Shown here in pieces: positions 12,895 to 25,490 of a stretch of 64,000 bases of DNA. The notes beneath the pieces were generated by a model. It saw nothing but the letters and a program-made list of their open reading frames with translations, was not told the origin of the DNA and ran no database searches. The DNA comes from Octopus sinensis. Lineage: Eukaryota. Where the stretch lies: NCBI RefSeq assembly GCF_006345805.1, contig NC_043013.1:27094001-27158000 (forward strand), read 5' to 3'. Position numbers and translations under genes: made by a program. How positions within the stretch are numbered: the first letter of the stretch is position 1; every line of letters starts with the position of its first letter.

Positions 12895-13180
12895 AGGGAT
12901 GAGTACAAGTGATATGTTTATTGGGGTGAGTGGAGGTGAATTCTTTATAGGGAATGAGTGGAGGTGATTCGCCTAAGGGATGAGTATAGGTGAATCACAT
13001 AGGAGATGAGTACAGGTTGTTCACCTAAGAAATGAGTACAGGTGACTTCTTTATAGGGGATGAGTGGAGGTGAACTACTTATAGGGGACATGCATAGGTG
13101 GTTCACTTTTAAGGGATATGCTCAAGTGATTCATTTTTATGGGATGAGTATTGTTGGCTCTTTTATAGGTGATGAGTAGT
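12895..13180. repeat. Degenerate 26-28 bp minisatellite, about 11 units
   Basis: Units such as GGGATGAGTACAGGTGATTCACCTAA and GGGATGAGTGGAGGTGAACTACTTATA. Confidence 0.85.
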
Positions 13181-13220
13181 CTTGTATGTGTGTGTGTGTG
13201 TATATATGTAAGTAGTTGTG

Positions 13221-13602
13221 TGGAAGCACAATGGCCCAGTGGTTAGGGCAGCAGACACGTGGTCACAGGATCGCTGTTTCAATTCCCAGACCGGGCCTTG
13301 TGAGTGTTTATTGAGTGAAAATACCTAAAGCTCCATGAGGTTCCAGCAAGGTGTGGTAGTGAACCCTTCTGTACTCTTTCACCACAACAATCTCTCACTC
13401 TTTCTTTCTGTTTCTGTTGTACCTGTATTTTCTAGGGCCAGCCTTGTCACACTGTGTCACGCTGAATCCCCCCCGAGAACTACGTTAAGGATACACGTGT
13501 CTGTGGAGTACTCAGCCACTTGCTTGTTAATTTCATGAGCAGGCTGTTCCGTTGATCGAATCAATTGGAACCCTTGTTGTCGTAACCAACAGAGTGCCAC
13601 GA
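13221..13602 (+). mobile_element. tRNA-derived SINE, head H1 plus tail T1
   Basis: A-box TGGCCCAGTGG, B-box GTTTCAATTCC, tail ending GAGTGCCACG; close copy at 27875-28241. Confidence 0.85.
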
Positions 13603-13719
13603 TATGTAAGTAGTATGTGAATGTGTGTGTGGAAACAAGATGTAAACATTGGCAAGGAAAGCAAACAAAAGAATCCTACTTTTGAACAAAAATACCTTGT
13701 GGTATTTATTCCTCCCGAG

Positions 13720-13876
13720 CACTAGCGTAGCTAGAGTGTGCTGCCTGAGGTGGCCCTTCCATCTGCCACCCCCAGACCCCATGAAAAAACACATTGCCTA
13801 CAGCAATAGCCTACAACAGGATGAAACGTACTGCCTGGGGTGGAGTGCTCCTCCTGCCCCCTCAGTTACGCTAGTG
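13720..13876. mobile_element. hAT-type MITE (157 bp) with perfect 8-bp TSD
   Basis: TSD CTCCCGAG at 13712-13719 and 13877-13884; TIRs CACTAGCGTAGCT / AGTTACGCTAGTG (12/13). Confidence 0.9.
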
Positions 13877-14604
13877 CTCCCGAGTTACACCAATGCAAAG
13901 TACATTATAATGATTCGATTGTCTGATCGATCACGAGATCATGATATATATATATATATACACACACATATACATATATATGATGGGCTTCCACAGTTTT
14001 CATCTTCCAAATTCATTCATAAAGCATTGTTTGGCCTGTGACTCTTGTAGAAAATCCAAGGTGCTACACACTGAGATTGAACCTGAAACCATGTGGTTGC
14101 AAAGCAAGCTTCTTAATCCCTCAGCCAAGCCTGTGTCTATATTATTATTTTTTTTTTTTTTTTTCCAGTTTCTTGAAACCTGATATAGCATGACCCCTGC
14201 TTTTTTTTTGTTACCTTTTGCCAATGACATTTTATGTACCTCAACAACCCCGTTTATAACAAGGACTGCACCATATCTTTAAAAAAAGAATATAGTTTGC
14301 TCTTGTAGATAGAACCTAAGGGCTTAGTTCATCAATCCATTGCCATTTTATAATAATACCATGATGCAGGCTATATCTGTTGTTTACATGAATGACGAGC
14401 AGAGCATTTGAGAGTGGGAGCGATGGTGGTGATGGGTGGAAGGGTTAGGTTTCTAATAAATTCAACCTGAGGCTCAGCTTTGATACTGCATTTAACTGTT
14501 TCACTGACTCCACTTGTGTACGTTACTTGGCAAAAAAAAAAGACATACATATTTCACCCTCAAACTCTCCTTCCTTGCTCACATACACACACCACACTGG
14601 CCAT

Positions 14605-15175
14605 TTATCTATCTATCTATCTATCTTATCTATCTATCAATCTATCTATCTATTTATCTCTCTATCTGTCTATCTTATCTATCTATCAATCTATCTGTCT
14701 ATCTTATCTATCTATCTATCTTATCAATCAATCTATCTATCTATCTATCTATCTATCTATTATCTATCTATCTATCAATCTATCTGTCTATCTATCTATC
14801 TTATCAATCAATCTATCTATCTATCTATCTTATCAATCTATCTATCTATCAATCCATCCATCCATCCATCCATCTATCTATCTATCTATCTATCTATATT
14901 ATCTATCTATCTATTTATCTCTCTATATGTCTGTCTATCTATCTATCTATCTATCTATCAATCTATCTATCTATCTTATCTATCTATCTATCAATCTATC
15001 TGTCTATCTTATCTATCTATCTATCTTATCAATCAATCTATCTATCTATCTATCTATCTTATTTATCTATCTATCTTATCAATCTATCTATCTATCTTAT
15101 CTATCAATCTATCTGTCTATCTATCTATCTATCTATCTATCTTATCAATCTATCTATCTATCAATCCATCCATCC

Positions 15176-15209
<34 letters not shown>

Positions 15210-15272
15210 TTATCTCTCTATATGTCTGTCTATCTATCTATCTATCTTATCTATCTATCTTATCTATCTATC

Positions 15273-15331
<59 letters not shown>

Positions 15332-15390
15332 ATCTATCTATCTTATCTATCTTATCTATCTATCTATCTATCAATCTTTCCATTTATCTA
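14605..15390. repeat. Long compound (TATC)n/GATA microsatellite
   Basis: About 790 bp of TATC, TCAA and TCCA units; source of the three ~300-aa pseudo-ORFs. Confidence 0.97.
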
Positions 15391-17919
15391 TACACATACA
15401 CACATAAACACAGTTGATCGATCATGAAAGGTCATACAATCACATTTAGTGTGGAACATGATCAGCTATTTATCCTTTTTTTTTTTTTACTATCCATACC
15501 AGTGCAGTGGTCTGTTCTGCACACTATCAAACAATACCTATACTGTTATTTCAACTTACATTCGTCTTTCATAGAACTCTGCTTAGTTTCGTTTTGTCAA
15601 TAGGGTTTCCTTTCTGTCTCTCTTTCTTCATTTCTTTCCTTTTTTTGTCTGCAATCCTCACATATTCAACTCGAAAACAAACGTTTTTCTTTTATTGGTT
15701 TGCTTCTAAATCTTTGTAGGCTCCACAAAAATGGGAAAAACTTGTGAACTTTCTTCGTTCTGTTAACCACTTACCTACTTGCTATTTTGACAATTCCACA
15801 TTAAGGAAAGTTCAGTTTGCTTTGGTTAAGGAATAGGGGTGGGTAGTGGTTGTTGGGGTAGAAAGACTGAAACACTTCAAGGTGCTCTGATTATTTTGAA
15901 AACTGCATTTCTAGTTTTACTCGCTGTCCTTTATGGAAATGCTAATTTAATAGACTCACATAGGTGTAGGCATGGGAATGTGGTTAGGAAGTTTGCTTCC
16001 AAGCCATGTAACCTTGTGCAACACCTTCGACAGGTGTCTTCTATTATTGCTCCAGACTGACCAGAGATTTGTGTGTGGATTTGGTTGATGGAAACTGAAA
16101 GAAGCCCTTTGTGTGTGTGTGTGTGCTTGTTTCTACTCTGGTCTAGACATCATGTGATGCTTATAAATGAGCATCATTGTCATTCAAACAATGTTGTTCA
16201 TTTCCAGTCTTCCATGGATAACATATCTGGAAACAGGTTGGGTTGGTGACAGGAAGAGCATCCAATCATAGCTGATATGACTCAGCAAAATCTGTCTGAT
16301 CCATGCTAGCATGGGAAAAAAAAATGAATGGATGCTAAATGATGATGGAGATGATGATGATGACATCTATCAAAATGTTTTTTTCTTTCTTTTTTTTTTG
16401 TTTTATTTTTGTACACTCTCTCATATCTGTTTGCAAGGTCAAATTTGTATATTTCAGTAAAGATTCCTTAGATCATGTGGATAGTTTATTTTTCTCTCTC
16501 ATTTACAATCCAAGGACAAATTTGCCTTGACACATTCCTTTCTGCATAATCAAAAGAAAGGAGCAATGAATTGGAGAACCAACCCTCGTTTTTCATCTTC
16601 AGCATCTATTGTCTGATGGTGACTTGTCATACAGGACAATATAGAGCAATTCTCAGTGCGCCTCCCCACCCAACCTTCTTATTAATGTCTTCGCTATTCT
16701 GTATAATGTGATATGTGATATTAAGAAATCTTCAATCACCATTGCTTCAATCTTTTTCTCAGTGAAACCACTTAAATCTTTTTTTCTCTTTTCACCTTCG
16801 AACATTTCCTCTACACATTTCTTTCTGCCAATAAGTTTTAATAGTTTGCATAGATCCCATGTGTGTTTTCTTCAGTTGCCTCCTTTGCACATAATTTTCC
16901 ACAAGTTTTCTCTTAGAGCACAAGTGTGTGTGTGTGTGTGTGTGTGTGTGCATGCAGTCAAGCATGGCTGACAGGTTAAGAAGCTCGCTTTACAACCATG
17001 TGGGTCTGGGTTCAGTTCCATTGTATGGCACCGTGGGTGGATATCTTCTATTATAGCCCTGGACCAACCAATGCTTTGTGAGTGAATTTGGTAAATGGAA
17101 ACGGTGTGGAAGCCCATCATATGTGTGTGTTTGTGTTGCTTCCCACAACACTTGACAACTGGTGTCAGTTTGTTTTACATCCCCATAACTTAGCAGTTCA
17201 GCAAAAGAGACCAATAGAATAAGAACTAAATTTAAGAAATAAGTACTAGGGTTGATTTGTCCAACTAAAACCCTTGGAGGGGCTGCCCCAACATGGCCAT
17301 AATTCACTTGCTGAAATAACTAAAAGCACCATCCGAACGTGACTGATGCCAGTTCCCCCTGACTGGCTCCTGTGTCAATGGCACGTAAAAAGCACCCACT
17401 ATACTCTTGGAGCGGTTGGCATTAGGAAGGGCATCCAGCTGTAGAAACCTTGCCAGATCAGATTGGAGCTTGGTACAGCCTTCTTACTTGCCAGTCCTCG
17501 GTCAATCTGTCCAACCCATGCCAGCATGGAAAACAAACGTTAAACGATGATGATGAAGATAAGGTGTGTATGTGTGTGTGTCCCTGTGTTACACACCAAA
17601 AGAGACTTCATTTTTTTTTGTATTTTGGTATCTCCAAAATCTTCAAACTTAGCTTCTCATCTCCCTTAATTATCTCTCGAAGAATTTATGAAATGGATAC
17701 AAGTATGAGAAATCTTCAAACAAAGGAATCTGGATTATTAAGTAGAGGCCATGGATAATAAGCACAAATGGTGGATATTAAACAGGATAAGGTGACAGTT
17801 TTTCATTAAATGCCTTGTGACATTTAATCAAAACACTATTTTGTAGTAAGAGCATTGTAGTTCACTTCAAGCATTGTAATACCAAAGCTTTCTGTTTTCT
17901 CTCTTTTTACCTTCTTCAT

Positions 17920-18531
17920 TATTTTGTAGTATTCGTTCCAATTCTTCACATTTTGAGTGCAAATCCTTCCGAGGTCAATGAAATAAAGTACCAGTTAGAT
18001 ACTGGGGTTGATGTAATCAATGAATCCCCTTAGTCTTAACGGTACTGGCCTTGTGTCAAAATTTGAAACAACAAGCTGACAGAATCGGTAGCACACTGAG
18101 GAATCTGCTTTGTGGCAATTTTTGTCTGCCTTTACTACATTCTGAGTTCAAATTCTGCTGAAGTTGGCTTTGCTTTTCATCCTTTTGAGGTCGAGAAAAT
18201 AATTACCAGTTGACCACTGGGGTCAATGTAATCTGTTTAACCCCCACCTGAAATTGCTGGCCTTGAGCCAAGATTTGAAACAATCGTTGTTGTTAAAGGC
18301 AGTGAGCTGGCAGAAATTTTAGCACGCTGGGCAAAATGCTTAGCGGTATTTTGTCTGTCTTTACATTCTGAGTTCAAATTCTGCCAAGGTTGACTTTGCC
18401 TTTCATCCTTTGGGGGGGGGGTCAGTAAATTAACTACCAGTTGCGTACTGGGGTCGATCTAATCAACTGCCCCCCCTCCTCAAAAATTTCAGGCTTTGTG
18501 CCATGTGGAGAAAAGGTTATCATCATCATTA

Positions 18532-18580
<49 letters not shown>
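17920..18580 (+). mobile_element. Tandem array of 3 Nin/Deu-like SINE copies ending in (ATT)n
   Basis: Same units as 9925-11370. Confidence 0.8.
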
Positions 18581-18581
<1 letters not shown>

Positions 18582-18839
18582 TAGCTGGAGCTAAGTATGT
18601 GCTTATCTCCAGGCTAAGCCATCTCCTTCCTTACTACACCACAATCAACACAAAATGAATGCCTACCATCTAGTTATATGAGGTCTAACTAGCTCTAATG
18701 ACCTTTTTGTGCAAGTTACGTCCATTCATTAATACATGGCTATATAACTGAATTTCATATGCGATATTTAGCTAAGCCTGAACCCAAAATTAAAATAACA
18801 AAAAAGAAAGAACAACAACAAAAAAATTACATACATACA

Positions 18840-18873
<34 letters not shown>

Positions 18874-19854
18874 AATTGCTTTAATTCCAAACAGCTTCTT
18901 GCCCTGCAGAATCAACTTTTATTAGTCAATCAAACACAGCAGGCTATAAAAATAAATGTTCTAGTGTATATATTATTTTATCCTCGTCCTTTGATCGCTT
19001 AATATTTGCAGTAAGTTGTAGATAGATGTAGCAGGAGCTGGCAGAAACAGCAGAGCAGCAGACTATAGAGAAATAAAGAAAGAAAGAAATACCCTGTCAG
19101 TATTTAGTTTTATCCAACTACCTTTTTAAGTTCAGATCTCTCCCTCAAGCTTGATTAAATAACTTACCAGCACAAGTGTTTGTGTGTGTGTGTGTTTATA
19201 TGTATGTGTATATGTATGTGTGTGTATGTATATATGCATATACATAAGTATATGTGTTTGTATGTATGTATATATTTATACGCAAGTATGTGTGTGTGAG
19301 TGTGTGTGCAGGCTTGGTTGTGTGAGTAAAACGTTTGCTCCACAATCACATAGTTTCATGTTCAATGCCTCTGCTTGGCACTTTGAATAAATAAATGATT
19401 TCCAGTGTAGCCTCAGACCAACCAAAATCTTGTGATTGAATTTGATAGACAGGAATTGAAAGAAGCTTTTCATGTGTGTGTGTGTCTGTATGTAGCGGTA
19501 CAGGCTGTGTGGTTTCAGTCCCACTGTGTGGCAGTACCTTGGGCAAGTGTCTTTGACTGTTTATTGCCTCAGGCCAAACTAAGCTTTGTGAATAGATTTC
19601 ATAGACAAACTGAAATAAGTTTATCAGTGTGTGTGTGTGTGTGTGCGCAGCTTTGGATGAGTGTATATGTCTGTATCTCTTTATCCTGACATCACATGAT
19701 AGCTGTAAGTGAGTAACACCTACACACAAGTGGTATCCAATCTGACATCTCTTATCCCAGGTCTTGTTGGTTTTGAATTGTCTTTGGTGCTTCTGTCAAT
19801 TTGCATTTTTTCTAGATAAGGATTTTACTCACCTTTACTTCTGGGAAGGTCCAT

Positions 19855-19978
19855 ATTCATCTGGCTTCCATCCTTCAACCTGTCCAGCATGAGAGACCCT
19901 ACCAGAAGCTTGCACTCTGTTGGCATAGCTCCCAGGGTTCATTGAGGCGGAAAAATCACAAAAGTGCAATAAGGTCTG
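19855..19978 (-). mobile_element. Probable RTE-clade LINE 5' UTR remnant
   Basis: Minus strand CAATGAACCCTGGGAGCTATGCCAAC..CTGGTAGGGTCTCTCATGCTGGACAGGT resembles the conserved RTE 5' leader (from memory). Confidence 0.4.
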
Positions 19979-21898
19979 AACCATTCAACTGCAGAAGACT
20001 TTTTCATTTTAATAATTCTGCTTCTCTGTTTCTCTGTCACAATCTCACCTTTCATCATCCGACACAAGATCCCCTCCTCCATTGCCCCAACCCCTCTCAA
20101 AATTCTTTGTCTTGCAAGTTACTTGGTGACCCTGCTGGTGCCACATAAAAAGCATCCAGTCCACACTGTAGAGTAGTTGGCATTTGGAAGGGCATCCAGC
20201 TGTAAAAATCATGCCACAACTAACCTTGCCTATGCTAGTCACACATCAAAAGCATTGAGTCCACTCTGTGGCGTGGTTGGTGTTGGGAAGGACATCCAGT
20301 TGTAAAAACTGTGTTAAAACAGACACAGTAGCCTGGGGTAGTCTTCTACTTGACTGGCTCCTGTCAACTGTCCTGCCCATGCATGCATGGAAAATGGACG
20401 TTAAACGATGATGATGATGTTTCTCAATTTGCTCACTTTTTTTTGTATCTGGAAGGCTCTTCCCAAGATAAATAGTGACCTGTATTTTTACCTTGTTTAT
20501 TAAATAATGGATTAGCAGAATTATTAGATAGGATGAAATACTTTGGAGCATTTCTTCTGGTTCTCTATGACCTCAAATCCCATTAAGGTTGACTTCATCT
20601 TTTATCTTTCAGGGGTCAACAGAATTAAGTACCGGTCAAGTACCGGAGTTAGTCCATCCTACTATTCTACTGACCTAAAATTTCTGGCTTTCTGCCTGTC
20701 TTAGAAATTGAAAAACAAATGTTTACATGCTATTACAGTAAGTTTGGAATAATATTCCACAGGAACCTCTAAAGCCAATGAGGGTGCCTCTGCATGGTCT
20801 CTTGACTTGCTAGAAACTTCAGCCCAAACTCCCTGAAAATTACAACTTATTATCCTCAGACCTGGCTGAGGTTTGCACCATCTCAATCAGGCATTTCTTA
20901 TCCTTGTCTCTCTTCTTCTCTAAAAATTATGCTCAATCCTTCCCTGAATGGTATCCCTCTGGAGCTTCTTCTCTACTCCTGTCTTTATTGCACATGTTCC
21001 TTTGCAATGACTCAAGAGGAACATTAGAACACATTGAATGGTATAGTCTTTGGTACACCACTCTCTTTTACTTGTTTCAGTCATTGGCCTGCAGTCATGC
21101 TAGGGCTTTGCCTTAAAGGATTTTACTCAAACAAATCAACCCCAATGCTTATTTTTTTAAACTCTGGTACCTATTCTGTTGGACTTTTTTGCTGAACTGC
21201 TTAGTTACAGGGATGTAAACAAACCAATGCCAGTTGTCAAGTAGTGAGGGTGGGGTACAAAGACACACACACATACAACAAACTTCCACAGTTTCCATCT
21301 ACCAAATTCTCTCACTGGGCATTGGTCAGCCTGGGGTTAGGTAGAGTAGAAGGCACTTGCCCAAAGTGCCATGCAGTGGAACTGAACTTGAAACCATCTT
21401 AACCACACAGCCATGTCTAACAAAAAGAAAGAAAACCATTGAGATGGTCATGGCTAGGCTACCTTTGGTTCATAAGTTTACTTGATTTGAGCAAACCTTT
21501 TGGCTAAACCACATGAAAAGATCAATGTAGTCCATAGCCAAACAACCTTTCTTCTTTTTGTTAGAGAGATTTTAAACACAAGGGTTACTGTTTGGGGGAG
21601 GTCTTATTTCTTTACTGTTATGGATATCGCATTTTTCTTTTTTTTCTGCTGACTTGTATTATATAGTCTTTGACTCAATTCAGCAGTGCCAAACCAAAAG
21701 TATAGAAACTATTATTTCACTTCAATGGTGTTGCTTAATGTATTGATATTGATATTAATAACTTCACCGCACACACACACACACACATTTGACTCCATAA
21801 TAATAATAATAATAATAATAACAACAACAACAACAGATACTAAAGATGGTGCTATGGCCTTTTCTTTGATAATATCTTTCTTGCTTCTTTAAATTCAG

Positions 21899-22003
21899 TT
21901 CAATGCACACTTGCCTTGAAAATTATCCCTGGAAATGGTGTTACAATATCTGGTGCCATTGAAATGTCTCCTGCACCTCTTAGAAGAACTTTTACCTTCA
22001 GTG
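21899..22003 (+). CDS. Candidate 105-nt phase 1/1 exon of an unidentified gene
   Basis: Acceptor TCTTTCTTGCTTCTTTAAATTCAG, donor G/GTAACT; open frame (x)QCTLALKIIPGNGVTISGAIEMSPAPLRRTFTFS; unique sequence. Confidence 0.35.
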
Positions 22004-22146
22004 GTAACTAATTTTGGCGCTATTTTTTTCTTTTTTTACTTCTTTCAGTTATTGGATCAGCTTAAGGGGTTTTAGTCAAAGAAATTTGATGCCAGTACAT
22101 TTTTTTTTGCTTTTTGTTTTTCTAAGTCTGGTACTTTCTCTTTCTT

Positions 22147-22236
<90 letters not shown>

Positions 22237-22244
22237 TATATATA

Positions 22245-22465
22245 GAGGCGCAATGGCCTAGTGGTTAGGCAGCGGACTCGCGGTCGCAGGATCGCGGTTT
22301 CGATTCTCAGACCGGGCGTTGTGTGTGTTTATTGAGCGAAAACACCTAAAAGCTCTACGAGGCTCCGGCAGGGGGTGGTGATCCCTGCTGTACTCTTTCC
22401 CACAATGGCGGTGCCCCAGCATGGCCACAGCTCAAGAGCTGAAACTGGAAAAACAAAAACAAAAC
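22245..22465 (+). mobile_element. Young SINE: head H1 joined to the CORE-SINE tail
   Basis: GAGGCGCAATGGCCTAGTGG..GTTTCGATTCTC head, then GGCGGTGCCCCAGCATGGCCACAG..CTGAAAC tail; inserted in (TA)n. Confidence 0.8.
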
Positions 22466-22760
22466 AAATAGATATATATATATATATATCAGCTCTACTA
22501 AGTTAAAGTAACATAAGGAGACCAACGCCAGTTATGATGGATGGGGAAGTGGGGGGGTGCAAAACACACACACACACACACACATGAAAGCTTCCACGCA
22601 ATTTCTGTCAACCACCAGATCCACTCACAAAGCTTTGGTCAGCCTGGAGCAATAGCAGAGGACATTTACTGAAGGTATCACACATTGGGACTGAACCTAA
22701 GACCATGCAGATGGGAAGCAAGCTTTTTCCCACACACCCATGCCTGCACCTATATATACA

Positions 22761-22797
<37 letters not shown>

Positions 22798-22819
22798 GAC
22801 TCTCCCATCATCAGATGAT

Positions 22820-23080
22820 GTATGAGGGTTTCACAATTTCTTACCGAACAACTATACAGATGATTTGTTTATAGTGATCAAATGTTTGTGTAGACATAAG
22901 CTCACTCCCTCCATCAGATCGACATTACCTGTATAGGTGCAACAGGTGCCACATGTCAGATGAGGAAATGATCACAGAGCAACGTGAAACAAAGTGCTTT
23001 GCTCAAGAACACAGCGCAACGCCTGGTCTGGGAATCGAACCCACAATCTCTTAGTCGTGAGTGCAACACCTTAGCCATGG
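22820..23080 (-). mobile_element. SINE with Meta-like core and a different tail
   Basis: Minus strand GGTTCGATTCCCAGACCAGG..GTGTTCTTGAGCAAAGCACTTTGTTTCACGTTGCTC. Confidence 0.7.
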
Positions 23081-23315
23081 AGCATCGCCTTTTGTCAAAG
23101 AAATCAAACCCAAGAACTTATTCTTTGTAAGCCTAGTACTTATTCTTTGTAAGCCTAGTACTTATTCTACCAGTTCTTTTGCTGAACTGCTAAGTTATGG
23201 GGACATAAACACACCAACTTCAGTTGTCAAGCAACAGTCGGGGGTGGAACAAACTCAGCCATACAAACATATACATACATACATACATATATATATGAAA
23301 GAAGCCCTTTGTGTA

Positions 23316-23388
<73 letters not shown>

Positions 23389-23820
23389 ATACACAATGGG
23401 TTTCTTTCAGTTTTCATCTACCAAATCCACTCAGAAGGCTTCGGTCGGCCTGAGGCTATTGTAGAAGACACTTGCCCAAGGTGCCTCTCAGTGGGGCTGA
23501 ACCCAGAACCATGTGTTTGGGAAGCAAGCTTCTGACCACACAGCCACTCCTGCACCTATATATATATAAAATGTCATCTGTGATGTTTGTGGTGTGGTTG
23601 AAAATGAAAAGCATGCCATATACAACAGGGAATCAATGTTAAACAATACAGTTAATACAAGGAGTAATTATTGTTGTTGTTGTTCTACCAATTCCTGTAT
23701 TGCAATATTGATTTCTGTTCACTAATCACATGACCAATTTTTTAGATGAGGGATATAATTGATTGAACGAGATTCAGTGCACCAGTGGTACTTTGTCACC
23801 TTCATAAGGATAAAAGACTG

Positions 23821-23860
<40 letters not shown>

Positions 23861-24690
23861 GAAAGAACACAGTCAAGGCTGCATGGCTAAGAAGCTCGCT
23901 TCGCAACTGCCTGGTTCCAGTTTCAATCCCACTATGCAGCAGTTTTGGACCATTGGCTTATTGTATTTTCTGATATACAGGTCAATATAGTATATAGAGT
24001 AGATTTAGTTAGTAGAGGATGTCTGAGCTTTTGCACTATCTTTCCAAATTCTTTTGCATTTCACATGAAATTTTTTGTGTGAAAAATTTGATTTACATGC
24101 CAGAAAATACAGTATATCATAGCCTCAGGTTGTCCAATACTTTGTGATGAAAATAACTGGAAATTGTGCCAAAGCCTGATACAAATAGCAGTGACAAACT
24201 GAAAAGTTGTGATGCTCCCGTGTCACTCTCACTGTTAGAAATACTGTGAACCACAGTGATTGGCTCATTAGGAGCATGTGACCAACAACATCATTGTTCA
24301 CTAATAGCAATATATAATAAATACATAGAATGTTTAACTAAATCCCTGGAATCAGTTATTGTGGTAATAATTGAAATTTTCCAAGTCATTATCCTCATTT
24401 TGCAGGTCTGGTTGTGCTTTACACTGCATTGCTCCGTTCATCAATCATTGTGTTGTACAACAATGTTCATTCATTATTCTTGGCTGTGTTAAAAATAACG
24501 ATTCTGACTTCATGCCTGATGTTGGGGAAACATGGGTAGGAAGAGCAGACACCTGAAGACAATTCATGGTTGAATCAACCAGAGTATTGGTTTGGCCAAA
24601 AAATACCTAGCACTTTTTCAATTCCTGCCAATCTCAGCTTTGTTTTACATCTTTCCTGTGGTAATGAAATATGGTACCAGTCTAATAATG

Positions 24691-24961
24691 TTTGTTCCTT
24701 CTCGAGCCATGCCTGGCTCATAAGGGCTGGTTTCCTTGGTGTATAGGTTCCCCACCTGGACGGGACACTAGTCCGTTGCTGGTGAGCTGCAAGATGCAGG
24801 AGGAAAGAGTGAAAGTTGTGGTGAAAGAGTCAGCAGAAGTTCACCATTACCTTCTGCTGGAGCTGCGTGGAGCTTAGGTGTTTTGCTCCCCGGTCTGAGA
24901 TTCGAACCCACATCCCTCGACCGCGATCCCGCTGCTCTAACCACTAGGCCATGTGCCTCCA
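24691..24961 (-). mobile_element. SINE (head H1, tail T3) with 13-bp TSD
   Basis: TSD CAGTCTAATAATG at 24678-24690 and 24962-24974; head TGGCCTAGTGG..GGTTCGAATCTC. Confidence 0.9.
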
Positions 24962-24998
24962 CAGTCTAATAATGAGGTTGATTTATAGTCTTCAAATG

Positions 24999-25271
24999 CA
25001 GTGATTCTCAACTGCAATCAATATGGCCCTTAGGGGTCCGTAGAAGATTTTATTGTTGAAATTTATGAACCATAGATTGCTTATAATTCTACAGTATAAA
25101 AAAATATTCTAACAATTTTTTTTTTATACTACAATTCCTAATAATATTTAACAATAAAAATATAATGGATTTTTTTTTATACATTGAGAAGTTATAAGGG
25201 TCCTCTGAAGTAAAACAAGAACCAAAAATGGTCTATAGATAAAAATTTTTTTAAATGGTTGGCAACCACTG
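24999..25271. mobile_element. hAT-type MITE
   Basis: TIRs CAGTGATTCTCAAC / GTTGGCAACCACTG; flanks TTCAAATG / CTCTAATG (6/8 TSD). Confidence 0.65.
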
Positions 25272-25284
25272 CTCTAATGCATCC

Positions 25285-25490
25285 TATATCCTGGAATTAT
25301 ATCTATCCAGGTTTATATCTGTAATTATTGGAACCTTTGAATATGTAACACACTACCTAAATACCGATCTTGAGAAATTAGGCTTCTCAAAACCAGAAAG
25401 GAGAAAGCTAATTCAAAGACTACAGATCCATTCCATCATTGGAACTGTAAAAATCTGTAAAACTTTCCAGAAGTTTAGCATTTATATACA
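25285..25490 (+). pseudogene. 3' end of an RLE-type (R4/HERO/NeSL-like) non-LTR retrotransposon ORF
   Basis: RFISVIIGTFEYVTHYLNTDLEKLGFSKPERRKLIQRLQIHSIIGTVKICKTFQKF, a degenerate PVIIGALG..LQ..GT..I C-terminus. Confidence 0.7.

Noticed and set aside
14480-15427. Three ~300-aa ORFs (YLSI repeats)
   Set aside because: Stop-free read-through of the (TATC)n microsatellite in all three frames.
22245-22320. tRNA-like sequences with A and B boxes (also 13221, 24890-24961, 46226-46285)
   Set aside because: No complete cloverleaf or acceptor stem; they continue into SINE bodies, so they are not tRNA genes.
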